Source: Leptospira sp. (GTDB lineage Bacteria; Spirochaetota; Leptospiria; Leptospirales; Leptospiraceae). From it: a stretch of DNA of 64,000 bases. The notes under the pieces were generated by a model that saw nothing but the letters and a program-made list of their open reading frames with translations, was not told the origin of the DNA and searched no databases. The DNA lies in NCBI GenBank assembly GCA_034439575.1, contig JAWXAQ010000016.1:96001-160000 (forward strand), read 5' to 3'. The translations under genes were made by a program, and so were the position numbers. Positions 51,193 through 61,360 of this stretch are shown piece after piece (positions within the stretch are counted from its first letter, which is position 1; the number at the start of each line of letters is the position of its first letter).

Positions 51193-52083
51193 ATGACCTG
51201 GATCAAACGAATCGGTTTTTTCCTACTTACAAATATACTCGTGATGACCACTGTGTCGATCGTGACAAGCGTGCTCGGATACTTCGGTTTCGGCATCCAA
51301 GCGTTTGGTGTTAATCTCACACAATTAGTTGTCTTCTGCTTAGTATGGGGTATGGCGGGTTCATTCGTATCCCTTCTAATCTCTAAATACATGGCAAAGT
51401 GGACAATGGGTGTGAAAACCATAGATCCGAAAAATGCTTCTAGTTCAGAGATGGAGATTTATAGAAAAGTCCAATCTCTCGCACAAAGAGCACATCTACC
51501 TATGCCAGAAGTTGGAATTTATGAATCGCCAGAGGTCAATGCGTTTGCAACTGGACCTAGCAAATCAAGCTCTCTTGTAGCTGTTTCCACTGGACTACTA
51601 ACGCGCATGAATTCTCAAGAATTGGAAGGAGTATTGGCCCACGAACTTTCCCACATTGCCAATGGTGATATGGTGACGCTTACTTTAATTCAAGGTGTCG
51701 TTAACTCATTCGCAATGTTTTTCTCGAGAATCATTGCCATGCTTGTTGCGAATGCGGTTAAAGAAGAGATGGCGCATATCGTACGTTTTGTGGTGACGAT
51801 AGTTCTTGATATCGCATTTTCTATCCTTGGATCTATGGCAGTTGCTTTCTTTTCAAGAAAAAGAGAATTCCGTGCAGATGCAGGAGCTGCAAAACTGGCA
51901 GGTCGCGAGTCTATGGTTGCTGCATTAGAAAGCCTTCGTAAACTTGTGGACCAACCTGAAGACGAACGAGGAGCCGCTCTTGCTTCCTTAAAAATCTCAT
52001 CCAACAAAGGTGGATTTGTTTCTCTTTTCGCAACTCACCCTCCATTGGAAGAAAGAATACTCGCTTTAAAAAATTTGAGATAA
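51193..52083 (+). CDS. htpX: Membrane zinc protease HtpX
   Basis: NAFATG, HELSHIANGDMVT, REFRAD, THPP. Confidence 0.95.
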   Translation: MTWIKRIGFFLLTNILVMTTVSIVTSVLGYFGFGIQAFGVNLTQLVVFCLVWGMAGSFVSLLISKYMAKWTMGVKTIDPKNASSSEMEIYRKVQSLAQRAHLPMPEVGIYESPEVNAFATGPSKSSSLVAVSTGLLTRMNSQELEGVLAHELSHIANGDMVTLTLIQGVVNSFAMFFSRIIAMLVANAVKEEMAHIVRFVVTIVLDIAFSILGSMAVAFFSRKREFRADAGAAKLAGRESMVAALESLRKLVDQPEDERGAALASLKISSNKGGFVSLFATHPPLEERILALKNLR

Positions 52084-52106
52084 ATTTCTCTGCACTTTTA
52101 AAGCCT

Positions 52107-52135
52107 AAAAGGTCGGCAATCGCCGGCCTTTTTTT
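52107..52135 (+). terminator. Rho-independent terminator after htpX
   Basis: GGTCGGC-AATC-GCCGGCC-TTTTTTT. Confidence 0.75.
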
Positions 52136-52171
52136 ATTGTCACGAGGATGAGTTGGAATTTCACTTTCTAT

Positions 52172-52705
52172 ATGTCCATCGTTAAGTCAAAAATTCGAAC
52201 CATTCCAGATTACCCAAAACCAGGGATTCTCTTTCGTGACATTACTTCCTTATTAATAGATCCAGAAGGATTTCGCCTCACCATAGGCATGTTTGTCGAA
52301 CGCTACCAAAATGAAAAAATCCAAAAAATTGCCGCCATTGATGCGAGAGGATTTATTACTGGGGCTGCTCTTGCGTTTCAACTCGGCGTTGGTTTTGTTC
52401 CCATTCGTAAAAAAGGAAAACTACCAGGTCAGACTATTTCTCAAACATATGCTCTCGAATACGGTGAAGACCAAGTAGAGATCCATGTGGATTCCATACA
52501 AGCTGGCGAAAAAGTATTGATTATGGATGATTTGGTCGCGACAGGTGGTACATTAGAAGCATCCATTCAACTCATTCAAAAGTTGCATGGTAAAGTTCAT
52601 GAATGTGCAACAATTATCGACTTACCAGATCTAGGTGGCGCAAAAAGAATTAAAGAAAAATATGGGATTAATATTTATTCTATTTGTGAATTTGAAGGTC
52701 ACTGA
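52172..52705 (+). CDS. apt: Adenine phosphoribosyltransferase
   Basis: [34 protein letters not shown]. Confidence 0.95.
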   Translation: MSIVKSKIRTIPDYPKPGILFRDITSLLIDPEGFRLTIGMFVERYQNEKIQKIAAIDARGFITGAALAFQLGVGFVPIRKKGKLPGQTISQTYALEYGEDQVEIHVDSIQAGEKVLIMDDLVATGGTLEASIQLIQKLHGKVHECATIIDLPDLGGAKRIKEKYGINIYSICEFEGH

Positions 52706-53841
52706 AATTCATTTGGGGAGATACTCCACTCTCCCCCTTTAAGTTTATCTATACGAATATTTATCTCATTACCTAAAAAATTCCACCTTACAATAAATAT
52801 TCTTTTTAAAATATGTATCCCTCTTCCAGAGGCGACTTTCTTTCTTTCAACATCCAATGGACTAGGCACCAAACGAGGATTAAATCCTTTGCCTCGATCA
52901 ATTACATAAAAATCTATAAACCTTTTTGATTCAAACACATGAACCGTAATAGTATCCTCGCCCCTTTTACCACCATGTTCGAGAGCATTGTCCAAGGTTT
53001 CATCTACAAGAATCTGGAACCAAAAAGAATCCATAAAAACTTGCCAACCTTTTTCATCGTACAATCTCCATAACTTTTCTTTCAATTCTCTAGATCCTTT
53101 AAGAGAAACATCACTATAGGATTCAAAAATTTTTCTTTGTCGTTCGAAAATAAAAGAAAATGGATGAGTGAGATAATCGCTCGAGAATGAATAATGAAAC
53201 ATAAACGCGAGAAAACAAAAAATAAATGCAATATCATTGAATAGAAAAAAATGTAAAAAGTATTTTTCAATTGTTGGAATCATATCGGAATGAAACGCAA
53301 GGAGAGTCGTCGCCAAAAAAGCAAGAGATACACTTAAATACGCAGACGAAATGAATTTAGTGATCGCAGGAAAGCTATATCTTAATTTAAGTGAAACAAC
53401 TAACAATAACAAGGTGTATGATAAACCATAAAACCCTGGGTAAAAATACATCAAAAGTATCCTACTCGCGAGTGGATTCATTTCTGTTGAGAGAGCCCAG
53501 TCAATTAAGAGCAATGTAGAGCCAGAACCAAAGAGAAGTGACACACATACCGATAAAATGGGATAGGTTCTAAAATATGTCGGGAATTGTAGTCCGAATA
53601 ACAAGAGTGAAAATATAAAGAAAACTAAAATTGTGGGCGCCGTATGTGGGTTTTCTAAAAAATGGTACTGAAAAACAGTAGAGTCTAAGATAAAGCCGAG
53701 ATTCCCTAGAAAAATCAGTCCTGCCATTATAGAAAAACTTACTTTCATAGGCGTACGTGGATTCTTGCTGAATGAGACTATACCTGCTATGGCAGAAAAA
53801 AAAGCGGTGATACCGGTGATACTAAGTTCAAGTAAACTCAT
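52699..53841 (-). CDS. Multi-TM protein with a C-terminal RsbW-like HATPase domain
   Basis: About seven TM segments, then [23 protein letters not shown]. Confidence 0.75.
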   Translation of the reverse strand: MSLLELSITGITAFFSAIAGIVSFSKNPRTPMKVSFSIMAGLIFLGNLGFILDSTVFQYHFLENPHTAPTILVFFIFSLLLFGLQFPTYFRTYPILSVCVSLLFGSGSTLLLIDWALSTEMNPLASRILLMYFYPGFYGLSYTLLLLVVSLKLRYSFPAITKFISSAYLSVSLAFLATTLLAFHSDMIPTIEKYFLHFFLFNDIAFIFCFLAFMFHYSFSSDYLTHPFSFIFERQRKIFESYSDVSLKGSRELKEKLWRLYDEKGWQVFMDSFWFQILVDETLDNALEHGGKRGEDTITVHVFESKRFIDFYVIDRGKGFNPRLVPSPLDVERKKVASGRGIHILKRIFIVRWNFLGNEINIRIDKLKGGEWSISPNEFQ

Positions 53842-55336
53842 GAAGGTCCAAGTCAGTAGCTTGTTTTCTTCGATTCTATTTTCCAGCATAATTTTTTTAA
53901 GCTTACCTCTTTTTCCTGAAGATGTACAAAACCAAGGGCAAAAATTAAATTCGATCGATCGGATTAAAAAAGGCGTTGTACAAATCAAGGTCTATTCACA
54001 AGCCCAAGACCCCTATTCACCCTGGCTTTCTGGAAATGTGACTGCCTCAACAGGTACTGGATTTCTTATTGGTGAAAATCGAATATTAACAAATGCTCAT
54101 GTAATATCAAATGCGAAATTTATCGAAGGACAAAGAAATAACCAAACCGAGTGGTATGAATTAAAAACACTTTTTGTTGCCCATGATTGTGATCTAGCCG
54201 TCTTAGAAGCAAAATCAATACAATTTTATGATGAAAGCGAATCATTTTCTCTCGGACCAATTCCAGAATTAGGTAGTCCCGTTGATATTGTTGGATACCC
54301 TATTGGTGGGAGTAAAATATCCGTTAGCCGAGGCATTGTTTCGAGAATTGAACAATCTACATATGCTCACTCACAGATTGATAGTCATTTGGTAATTCAA
54401 GTTGATGCCGCTATCAATCCCGGAAATTCTGGTGGGCCTGCGATTCAAAACGGAGAAGTTGTTGGAGTTGCCTTCCAAGCATCCACTAAAGGTGAAAGTA
54501 TCGGCTATATAATTCCTACAAATGTTATAGATCACTTTTTAAAAGATATTAAAGATGGGACCTATGATGGTTATGTGGAGCTTGGCATCCATTATCAACC
54601 CGCTTATTCCAACTCACAAAGAACTTATTCGAAAATACCAGAAAATATTGGCGGAGTTTTTGTCTCAAAAGTACTTAGCGGTGGTTCTGCCGACGGACAT
54701 TTGTTATCCGGAGATCTTATCTATTCTATAGATGGTTTCCCAATTGCTAAAAATGGAACTGTAAGTTTTAATGGTGATTCTAGAATCGACTTTGCAGAAA
54801 TTGTAGATAATAAATTTGCAGGGGAAGACATTCAATTTGAAATAATTAGAAATGGGAAATCAATTTCCTTAAAATTTCCTGCTAAAAAAATGCCTTCCTT
54901 AGATTATTTGAGGGCAAGATACGACTCTACTTATCCTTTTTATATTTTTGCAGGACTTGTGTTTCAGCCTTTAAACCGAGATTTGTTAGAAACTTGGGCA
55001 AAAACAAATCAAACGCAAGGCGGAAGTCAATTTCTCTATAGATTCAATCGATTAACAGAACTTACAGATATTAATACTGAAGAATTAATCTTTTATAGAA
55101 AATTTTCTCATCCTATCAACTCTTCAGCTGACTATTATTTAAATATGATATTGCAATCCGTAAATGGAAAATCTGTTAAAAATTTGAAAGATTTCATTTC
55201 GGAACTTCAAAATAATAAAGCAAAATTTGTGGTATTAAAATTCAAAGACATCCCTATTCCATTGATCTTAAATCGAGAAGAAGCTCTAAGTTCAGACTTG
55301 GAAATCAAAAAATCCTATAATCTCAGCGGAAACTAA
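53840..55336 (+). CDS. HtrA/Deg-like trypsin serine protease with PDZ domains
   Basis: LTNAHV, HDCDLA and AAINPGNSGGP give an intact triad. Confidence 0.9.
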   Translation: MKVQVSSLFSSILFSSIIFLSLPLFPEDVQNQGQKLNSIDRIKKGVVQIKVYSQAQDPYSPWLSGNVTASTGTGFLIGENRILTNAHVISNAKFIEGQRNNQTEWYELKTLFVAHDCDLAVLEAKSIQFYDESESFSLGPIPELGSPVDIVGYPIGGSKISVSRGIVSRIEQSTYAHSQIDSHLVIQVDAAINPGNSGGPAIQNGEVVGVAFQASTKGESIGYIIPTNVIDHFLKDIKDGTYDGYVELGIHYQPAYSNSQRTYSKIPENIGGVFVSKVLSGGSADGHLLSGDLIYSIDGFPIAKNGTVSFNGDSRIDFAEIVDNKFAGEDIQFEIIRNGKSISLKFPAKKMPSLDYLRARYDSTYPFYIFAGLVFQPLNRDLLETWAKTNQTQGGSQFLYRFNRLTELTDINTEELIFYRKFSHPINSSADYYLNMILQSVNGKSVKNLKDFISELQNNKAKFVVLKFKDIPIPLILNREEALSSDLEIKKSYNLSGN

Positions 55337-55338
55337 TC

Positions 55339-56829
55339 ATGACCTATCATAAATTATTTTTAATTTTATTAAGCTTTGTTATTTTTATTTCAGACCAACT
55401 AACGGCTAAATCCATACCATTGACAAATGATGACAATTCCATTGTCCAAATCAAATCAACCGTTCAATATCCAAATTTCCTTCAACCTTGGAGATTCAAA
55501 AATCCAGAAACTAGACGTTCCTATGGTGTTTATGTAGGTGATGGCCTCGTTTTAACTTTGACACAATCTCTTAATTTTGCGACTAACATTGAAATTAACA
55601 AATCTCATTCATTAAAAAATTATTCGGCTAGTATCATAAAAATGGATCATGATTTAGGATTAGCCCTCTTAAAAGTAGAAGACTCCGATTTTTCAAAAGG
55701 TCTAAATACTGTTAGTTTCCCTACCGATAACTTTTTACCAGCACAAGGTTTAGTCTTAGACTACAAAGAGTATAGAAACTTAGGCGAAAAAAAAGTGAGG
55801 AGTGTTAAGTTAGATCTTGATACCTATTCAAATGGTTATATTGAGCTTCCCTATATAGAAATTCAGTCCGAAGAAAAATTAGAAGGCATTGGTGAACTCA
55901 TTATCGAAGAATCTTCAAGGATTCCTCAAGGATTACTAACTTCTTTTAAAGATTCACAAAACAATGGGAAGATGATTCCAGGCTTTATGATAAAACAATT
56001 CTTAGAATGTAAAATGAAAGAATCATGTACAATCTTTAAAGGTTTTCGTTTTCGTCCCTTAGTTGAAAAATCCACAAGAGAGTATTATGGAGTCAAAAAA
56101 GAAGACCAAGGTATTATCATTGCTGAAATTTATCCAAGCGCCATAAATGAAAAAAATAAATTAGAAGTCGAAGATATCATTCTTGAAGTTGCAGGGTATA
56201 AGATTGACCCAAAGGGTTATTTTGATCATCCAAAATATGGGAAAATACTCATTTCCTTTCTATTTCATGCCAATGAAAACATAGGAAAAACAAAAGACAT
56301 CAAACTTCCTATTAAAATATTAAGAAATCGTAAATTAATGGAATTTGATTTTGAACTGAGAACATTAAATCAAAATGCCATAAGAATTCCCTTCGGAAGT
56401 ACAAGAAATACAAAGCCCCATTATTTAATATTAGGTGGCTTAGTATTTTTAGAATTATCGGAACATTATCTCACAGAATTTGGAAATCAATGGAGAGCGC
56501 GAGTCAACAAACACTTGCTATATCTCAATGACTATCACCATATAGCAAAAACGGATGACGAAGGAAAAATTTTAATCCTTTCACAGGTATTACCATTAAC
56601 AGGCAATCAATCCTATCATTCTATGCATCAAGTAACTTTAGAAAAAGTAAATGGCAAATCGATAAAAAGTCTTATCGATCTTAAAGAAATTTTATCTAAA
56701 AATACAAATGATTTTATCATTCTGGATTTTTTTGATGGAAGCCAAGTCACCTTTAGATCGGATGAAATTCAAAAATTGAACGAGGAAGCTTTGAAAACTT
56801 TCAAAATTCCTTCAGCTAACAATTTTTAA
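55339..56829 (+). CDS. HtrA/Deg-like paralogue lacking catalytic residues
   Basis: Same architecture (QPW, KGFRF, GGLVF), but LTLTQSL replaces LTNAHV and GNSGG is absent. Confidence 0.75.
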   Translation: MTYHKLFLILLSFVIFISDQLTAKSIPLTNDDNSIVQIKSTVQYPNFLQPWRFKNPETRRSYGVYVGDGLVLTLTQSLNFATNIEINKSHSLKNYSASIIKMDHDLGLALLKVEDSDFSKGLNTVSFPTDNFLPAQGLVLDYKEYRNLGEKKVRSVKLDLDTYSNGYIELPYIEIQSEEKLEGIGELIIEESSRIPQGLLTSFKDSQNNGKMIPGFMIKQFLECKMKESCTIFKGFRFRPLVEKSTREYYGVKKEDQGIIIAEIYPSAINEKNKLEVEDIILEVAGYKIDPKGYFDHPKYGKILISFLFHANENIGKTKDIKLPIKILRNRKLMEFDFELRTLNQNAIRIPFGSTRNTKPHYLILGGLVFLELSEHYLTEFGNQWRARVNKHLLYLNDYHHIAKTDDEGKILILSQVLPLTGNQSYHSMHQVTLEKVNGKSIKSLIDLKEILSKNTNDFIILDFFDGSQVTFRSDEIQKLNEEALKTFKIPSANNF

Positions 56830-56830
56830 T

Positions 56831-58051
56831 TTATAAACCAATTTGGAAATGCAAAGTTTTAGATATAAACAATACTTTAACTAAAAACAAAAAAAGTATT
56901 AGGATTGTTAAGAATATATATTCAAATTTTGCGATTCTTTCATCTTCATTTGCCAAAAGAATCAGCATAGGTATGGAAAGTGTAAACATGCGAGACACGT
57001 TTTCATAGACAGACCAGAAGTGATAAAAACCTGCAGTGCCGATCATAAACATGATAAAGAGCAATGCGATTCTAAAATGCCATCCTCTCTTTAGATTGCC
57101 TGTGAAGCATAGAAATGTTCCCATAAAAAATAAAAATACCAAAGGTAGTCTCGAAAAAAGTCTAGCCAAAGCTTTTATATCAAATTGATTATTTAAAGTG
57201 AAAAAGATTGATTCAGCATAAGAAATCATGCCTTCAAACGGCAATATAAAATCAGTTAGGCGGGATGCTCGCCAATTTGGAAATCTATATGATAAATACA
57301 AATGCCATGTGATAGGGATTATAAGTGTGGCAGTGATAACTGCGATTTTCTTAAAATCTTTTTCATATAAAGCAAACAATCCTAATGGGAAAAGAAAAAA
57401 CAATGCTGGCTCTTTAGTAAGGATAGCCAAACTAGATAACAAAACAAATGGAATGTACTTCCCATTTCGAAATAAATAGTAAGCGATGATAACAAGTGAA
57501 ACCATAACTGAATCGCTTACCAATACATAATAACTTCCCAATGCAAATGGACTAAATAAATATAGAACTGATAGGTGTTTATTTTTATCATCTAACAAAG
57601 ATCTGAGTGCAAAAAAAGAGAGCACCCACAAAGTTATATTCCAAAAATACATCCCAAAAATTGATCCCCATTTTCCGAATATCCCAAATAGGGAAATTAA
57701 GAATGGATACCCTATCCTCGGAGCGCGGTATGACTCATCAAAACCCTTTGGCCAATCAAAACTAAAATTAGTTAGGGAACGAGAAAAATAATAGAAAATT
57801 TGTCCATCATATCCAGCACCTAAGTCAGCTTCTTCTCCAAGAAAGATAATGGCTCCCTTTGGAGTTTCATCTACATTTTGTAAGGCGAATTGACGTCCAA
57901 AGTTTACCATGGAACTTGGACTCCATTCATATTTTCGCCAATAACCAAGTGAGACAAAAATAATAAGCAAGAAGTAGGCAGAGAAAAGTAGGATGGGCCT
58001 AGCATTTAAAAATCTAAAAAACGATTCCAAACCATTATTTATCTTTTTCAT
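56831..58051 (-). CDS. GT-C-like membrane glycopolymer formation protein (AZOBR_p60025-like)
   Basis: GYDGQIFYY, YRAPRIGYP, LTKE; many TM segments. Confidence 0.7.
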   Translation of the reverse strand: MKKINNGLESFFRFLNARPILLFSAYFLLIIFVSLGYWRKYEWSPSSMVNFGRQFALQNVDETPKGAIIFLGEEADLGAGYDGQIFYYFSRSLTNFSFDWPKGFDESYRAPRIGYPFLISLFGIFGKWGSIFGMYFWNITLWVLSFFALRSLLDDKNKHLSVLYLFSPFALGSYYVLVSDSVMVSLVIIAYYLFRNGKYIPFVLLSSLAILTKEPALFFLFPLGLFALYEKDFKKIAVITATLIIPITWHLYLSYRFPNWRASRLTDFILPFEGMISYAESIFFTLNNQFDIKALARLFSRLPLVFLFFMGTFLCFTGNLKRGWHFRIALLFIMFMIGTAGFYHFWSVYENVSRMFTLSIPMLILLANEDERIAKFEYIFLTILILFLFLVKVLFISKTLHFQIGL

Positions 58052-59597
58052 TTTTTTTCTCCGAAATTAATCTTAAAATTTCTTTTTCCAATAGGGAATT
58101 AAAAAGCAGAGCGCCATCATAAGTCAAATGATGTGGATCAAAAAACATTTGTTTTGTTGAAATTGAATTTGTATGATCAACTAACATTTGTCCGTTTTTT
58201 GTAAGATTCTCGGATAAATATTTGCGCAAATCTTCAAACCATCTTCCATCAACATACGTTTTAGATTCTATGGGATTTTCTGGCGATAACACGACTATAA
58301 ATGGAATATTTTTTTCTTTAAAGTATTCACTTAAACTATTGATTCTGTTAAATTCAAACCATGGTTCAAAAACCAAGTCTTTGACTTCACGCTTTTTGAT
58401 ATGCAAAGTATTTAATCTTCGAAGTTCAGGCCTTTTGTCGGCATCATCAAGTATTCGCTGTTTATAATCTTCATCATAAACTGAATCGCTCATTTCAGAA
58501 AATCTTTTTTCATCATAAAAAGATTCCCGAACATATGAAACATCATTAAAATCTGGAGTCTTACAGAAATAATGCGATAGACGGACACCAACGGGAAAAT
58601 CAAAACCCTTATGATATATGTTAGCTTCCTTAGCTGTGCCCATGCCCTGTTTTATTTTCAATTTGATCATCATATTTTTTGATGAATAATTTTCGAATTT
58701 TTCCCAAGGGAATCTGATCCAGCCAGTTTTATCAAAATTGAGATTTACACTTGCTAATGGGACAGAGCCTTGTTTATTTAATAATTCACTATTTTCTTTA
58801 AAAATGGAAACATCGATGATGGTATTTTTTTTCAAAATGAAAATGGAGTCTTCAGAACCGCTGTTCATTTCGCAATGCAAAGTAGCTTCCGATTTTGTCC
58901 AACCCTTTGACCAGATCCCCTCAATAGGCATACTTCCCGCATAACGTTGGAAGCTGCGACCACTGCGGAAATGATTTTCAAACCAAGTTTCGATAGGGTC
59001 AAAAAAGAATGATCTATATCGATTCACATAGAGAAGATATTTTGAAATCAGTCGAACTGATTGTTTTTTATCTAAACTACTTGAAAAATCATCATAAAAT
59101 TCTTTCGGATAAAAAGTTTTGGCTGGATAACGATCGGAAAATTCATCGATCCATTTTCTATCATTGAATATTAATTTCCCATCTTTCTCATCCAAATATT
59201 CCCATTGCAAGTCGGCAAAGTTTAACAAATATACGACGAGAGATGGATTTGATTTTTGTATATCTGATTTATAATAATAAAAATCAGAGGGAGCCATGGC
59301 TACATGAGAATAAAAGTGCCCTTTTATGTTTGTATCTGCAAACATTTTGTGAGGCAACACCGAATATAGAGCTACCGAACTTCCAACAAACAATACTTTT
59401 TTAGAATTTGATTCTTCTTTTAACGTACGGCGAAGGCTCGCAAAATTATACCAAGGCGAAGAATCCCATTCCATTTCATTTGGAAAATAAAAATAAAATT
59501 TTTCAAAAATTAAATAATCTAAACCAAGGGTGGAACAAAACAGGATGATAAATAAATAAACGACCTTCGCTTTTAAAGATAAAAAGAAAGTTCTCAC
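58035..59597 (-). CDS. SGNH/DltD-like periplasmic protein
   Basis: N-terminal TM, VGSS, and FFDPHHLT (DxxH). Confidence 0.6.
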   Translation of the reverse strand: MRTFFLSLKAKVVYLFIILFCSTLGLDYLIFEKFYFYFPNEMEWDSSPWYNFASLRRTLKEESNSKKVLFVGSSVALYSVLPHKMFADTNIKGHFYSHVAMAPSDFYYYKSDIQKSNPSLVVYLLNFADLQWEYLDEKDGKLIFNDRKWIDEFSDRYPAKTFYPKEFYDDFSSSLDKKQSVRLISKYLLYVNRYRSFFFDPIETWFENHFRSGRSFQRYAGSMPIEGIWSKGWTKSEATLHCEMNSGSEDSIFILKKNTIIDVSIFKENSELLNKQGSVPLASVNLNFDKTGWIRFPWEKFENYSSKNMMIKLKIKQGMGTAKEANIYHKGFDFPVGVRLSHYFCKTPDFNDVSYVRESFYDEKRFSEMSDSVYDEDYKQRILDDADKRPELRRLNTLHIKKREVKDLVFEPWFEFNRINSLSEYFKEKNIPFIVVLSPENPIESKTYVDGRWFEDLRKYLSENLTKNGQMLVDHTNSISTKQMFFDPHHLTYDGALLFNSLLEKEILRLISEKKNEKDK

Positions 59598-60310
59598 GGG
59601 TATTTTGGTATCAAATGAAACTTTCTAAATAATAGTTTTTTGGCAAATTGAATGGCGAGTTTTAAAACTCTAGAATTAAAAGAACTATTTGAATAAATAT
59701 ACTTTATAGGTAGCTCCTTAATAGAACCACCGTTTAGCGAGATTATACTCAATGCTTCCATATGAAAATCGAAAGCTATTGATTCTAAAGGGTAATTTGC
59801 AATTTTTGTAAATGCATCTTTCGAATAACGTCTATAACCCGAAGTACAATCTTTGATGCCGGGTCCCAAAATATTAAATATGCCTTTCGACAAACAATAG
59901 TTCATGACTCTTGCAGCAATAAAAGAAATTACCTTTCTAAAAAATGGGACATTTACGGTTTCTTTGCGACTCCCAATCACTAGGTCACAAGGTTCAAAAT
60001 TTATAAAATCATTCAGGCGTTCGCTATCATGTGAAAGACCTGCATCCATTGTGATCACCCAATCATAACCTTTCTCAATGGCTAATTTCATCCCATCTTG
60101 GACACCTTTTGGGATATGGGTGTTTTTATCATGACGTATCACAAAAAGTCGATTAGGGAATTCTATTTGTAATGACTTTAGTATAGCAGGCGTTTTGTCC
60201 TTTGAAGCATCATCTGTAACTGATACGTCTGCATATTTGATTGCCCCTCTTACAACTTCTTCAATTGTTGATTCTTCATTATAAGCGGGTATGACGACAA
60301 GGGTTTTCAT
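59594..60310 (-). CDS. GT2 polyprenol-phosphate glycosyltransferase (DPM1-like)
   Basis: IPAYNE, DDASKD, MDAGLSH, DCTSGYR. Confidence 0.88.
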   Translation of the reverse strand: MKTLVVIPAYNEESTIEEVVRGAIKYADVSVTDDASKDKTPAILKSLQIEFPNRLFVIRHDKNTHIPKGVQDGMKLAIEKGYDWVITMDAGLSHDSERLNDFINFEPCDLVIGSRKETVNVPFFRKVISFIAARVMNYCLSKGIFNILGPGIKDCTSGYRRYSKDAFTKIANYPLESIAFDFHMEALSIISLNGGSIKELPIKYIYSNSSFNSRVLKLAIQFAKKLLFRKFHLIPKYP

Positions 60311-60319
60311 TTTGAAATA

Positions 60320-61360
60320 CTATTTTCCAGCAATGTTAAAAACTTCTTTATTCGCCTCGATCCATTTCAGTAATCGTGTGACACCTTCTTTTGGTTTGAT
60401 GTTAGGTGTGAAGCCGAATTTTTTAGCTTCTTTGATATCACAGATAAAATATCTCATATCGCCAGGCCTTTCCACTTCAAAAAGAATCTCTTGTTTTTTA
60501 CCCATAATTTCACCGATCAGTTCAATACATTCCAAAAGTGAAATTTTGTGAGCACTTGAACCACCAATATTATAAACACCAGGTATTGGGTTTTTGAAAT
60601 AAGCAAGGTAAGATTGTGCACCGTCTGCCGCGTGGATGATATCACGAGTTTGTTTTCCAGTTCCAAAAATACGAAGTGGCAATCCGAAAAAAGAACGGAT
60701 CGCAAAATTAGCTACCCAACCATGATCTTCGCCACCAAACTGACGTTCCCCGTAAATCCCAGTAAATCGAAAACTTGCACCTTTAATTCCATACATATCG
60801 GTATAAGACCGTACATAATGTTCGGCACTCATTTTTGATGCATGGAGTGGAGAAAGTTGACCTACCATAGTAGGGTGAGTTTCTGGAATTTCTACAGGAT
60901 TTCTTTCATAGGCGGTTTTGCCTTCGGTTAAGGAATCATTGATTGAGTTTCCATAAACGTGAATCGAAGAAGTATTTACAACAGGTAGTTTTCTTTTTCT
61001 TGCGGCTTCCAATACATTAAAAGTACCTATTACGTTAGTCGAAAAATCCAATTCAGGATCTTCCCAAGAAATTGTCATAGCAGGTTGTGCCGCAGTATGG
61101 ATGATATAATCGCAACCTTCAGTCCTATCCATTAAATGTTCTAAGTTACGGATATCTCCCTTAACCATTGTTACACCTAAATTTTTTAGATAATTCCAAT
61201 TATAATCTCTTGTAGCATCAGTACCATAACCGGTTCTTTTTAATTCATATTTTGTCATGCTATCAAAGCTAACAACATCCCAACCTTCTTTACGAAAAAG
61301 CTCACAAACATGAGATCCTAAAAATCCGCATCCGCCAGTTACTAAAACTTTATTAGTCAT
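60320..61360 (-). CDS. NAD-dependent sugar epimerase (CDP-paratose 2-epimerase-like)
   Basis: TGGCGFLGS, QFGGEDHGWV, GKQTRD, RPGD. Confidence 0.85.
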   Translation of the reverse strand: MTNKVLVTGGCGFLGSHVCELFRKEGWDVVSFDSMTKYELKRTGYGTDATRDYNWNYLKNLGVTMVKGDIRNLEHLMDRTEGCDYIIHTAAQPAMTISWEDPELDFSTNVIGTFNVLEAARKRKLPVVNTSSIHVYGNSINDSLTEGKTAYERNPVEIPETHPTMVGQLSPLHASKMSAEHYVRSYTDMYGIKGASFRFTGIYGERQFGGEDHGWVANFAIRSFFGLPLRIFGTGKQTRDIIHAADGAQSYLAYFKNPIPGVYNIGGSSAHKISLLECIELIGEIMGKKQEILFEVERPGDMRYFICDIKEAKKFGFTPNIKPKEGVTRLLKWIEANKEVFNIAGK

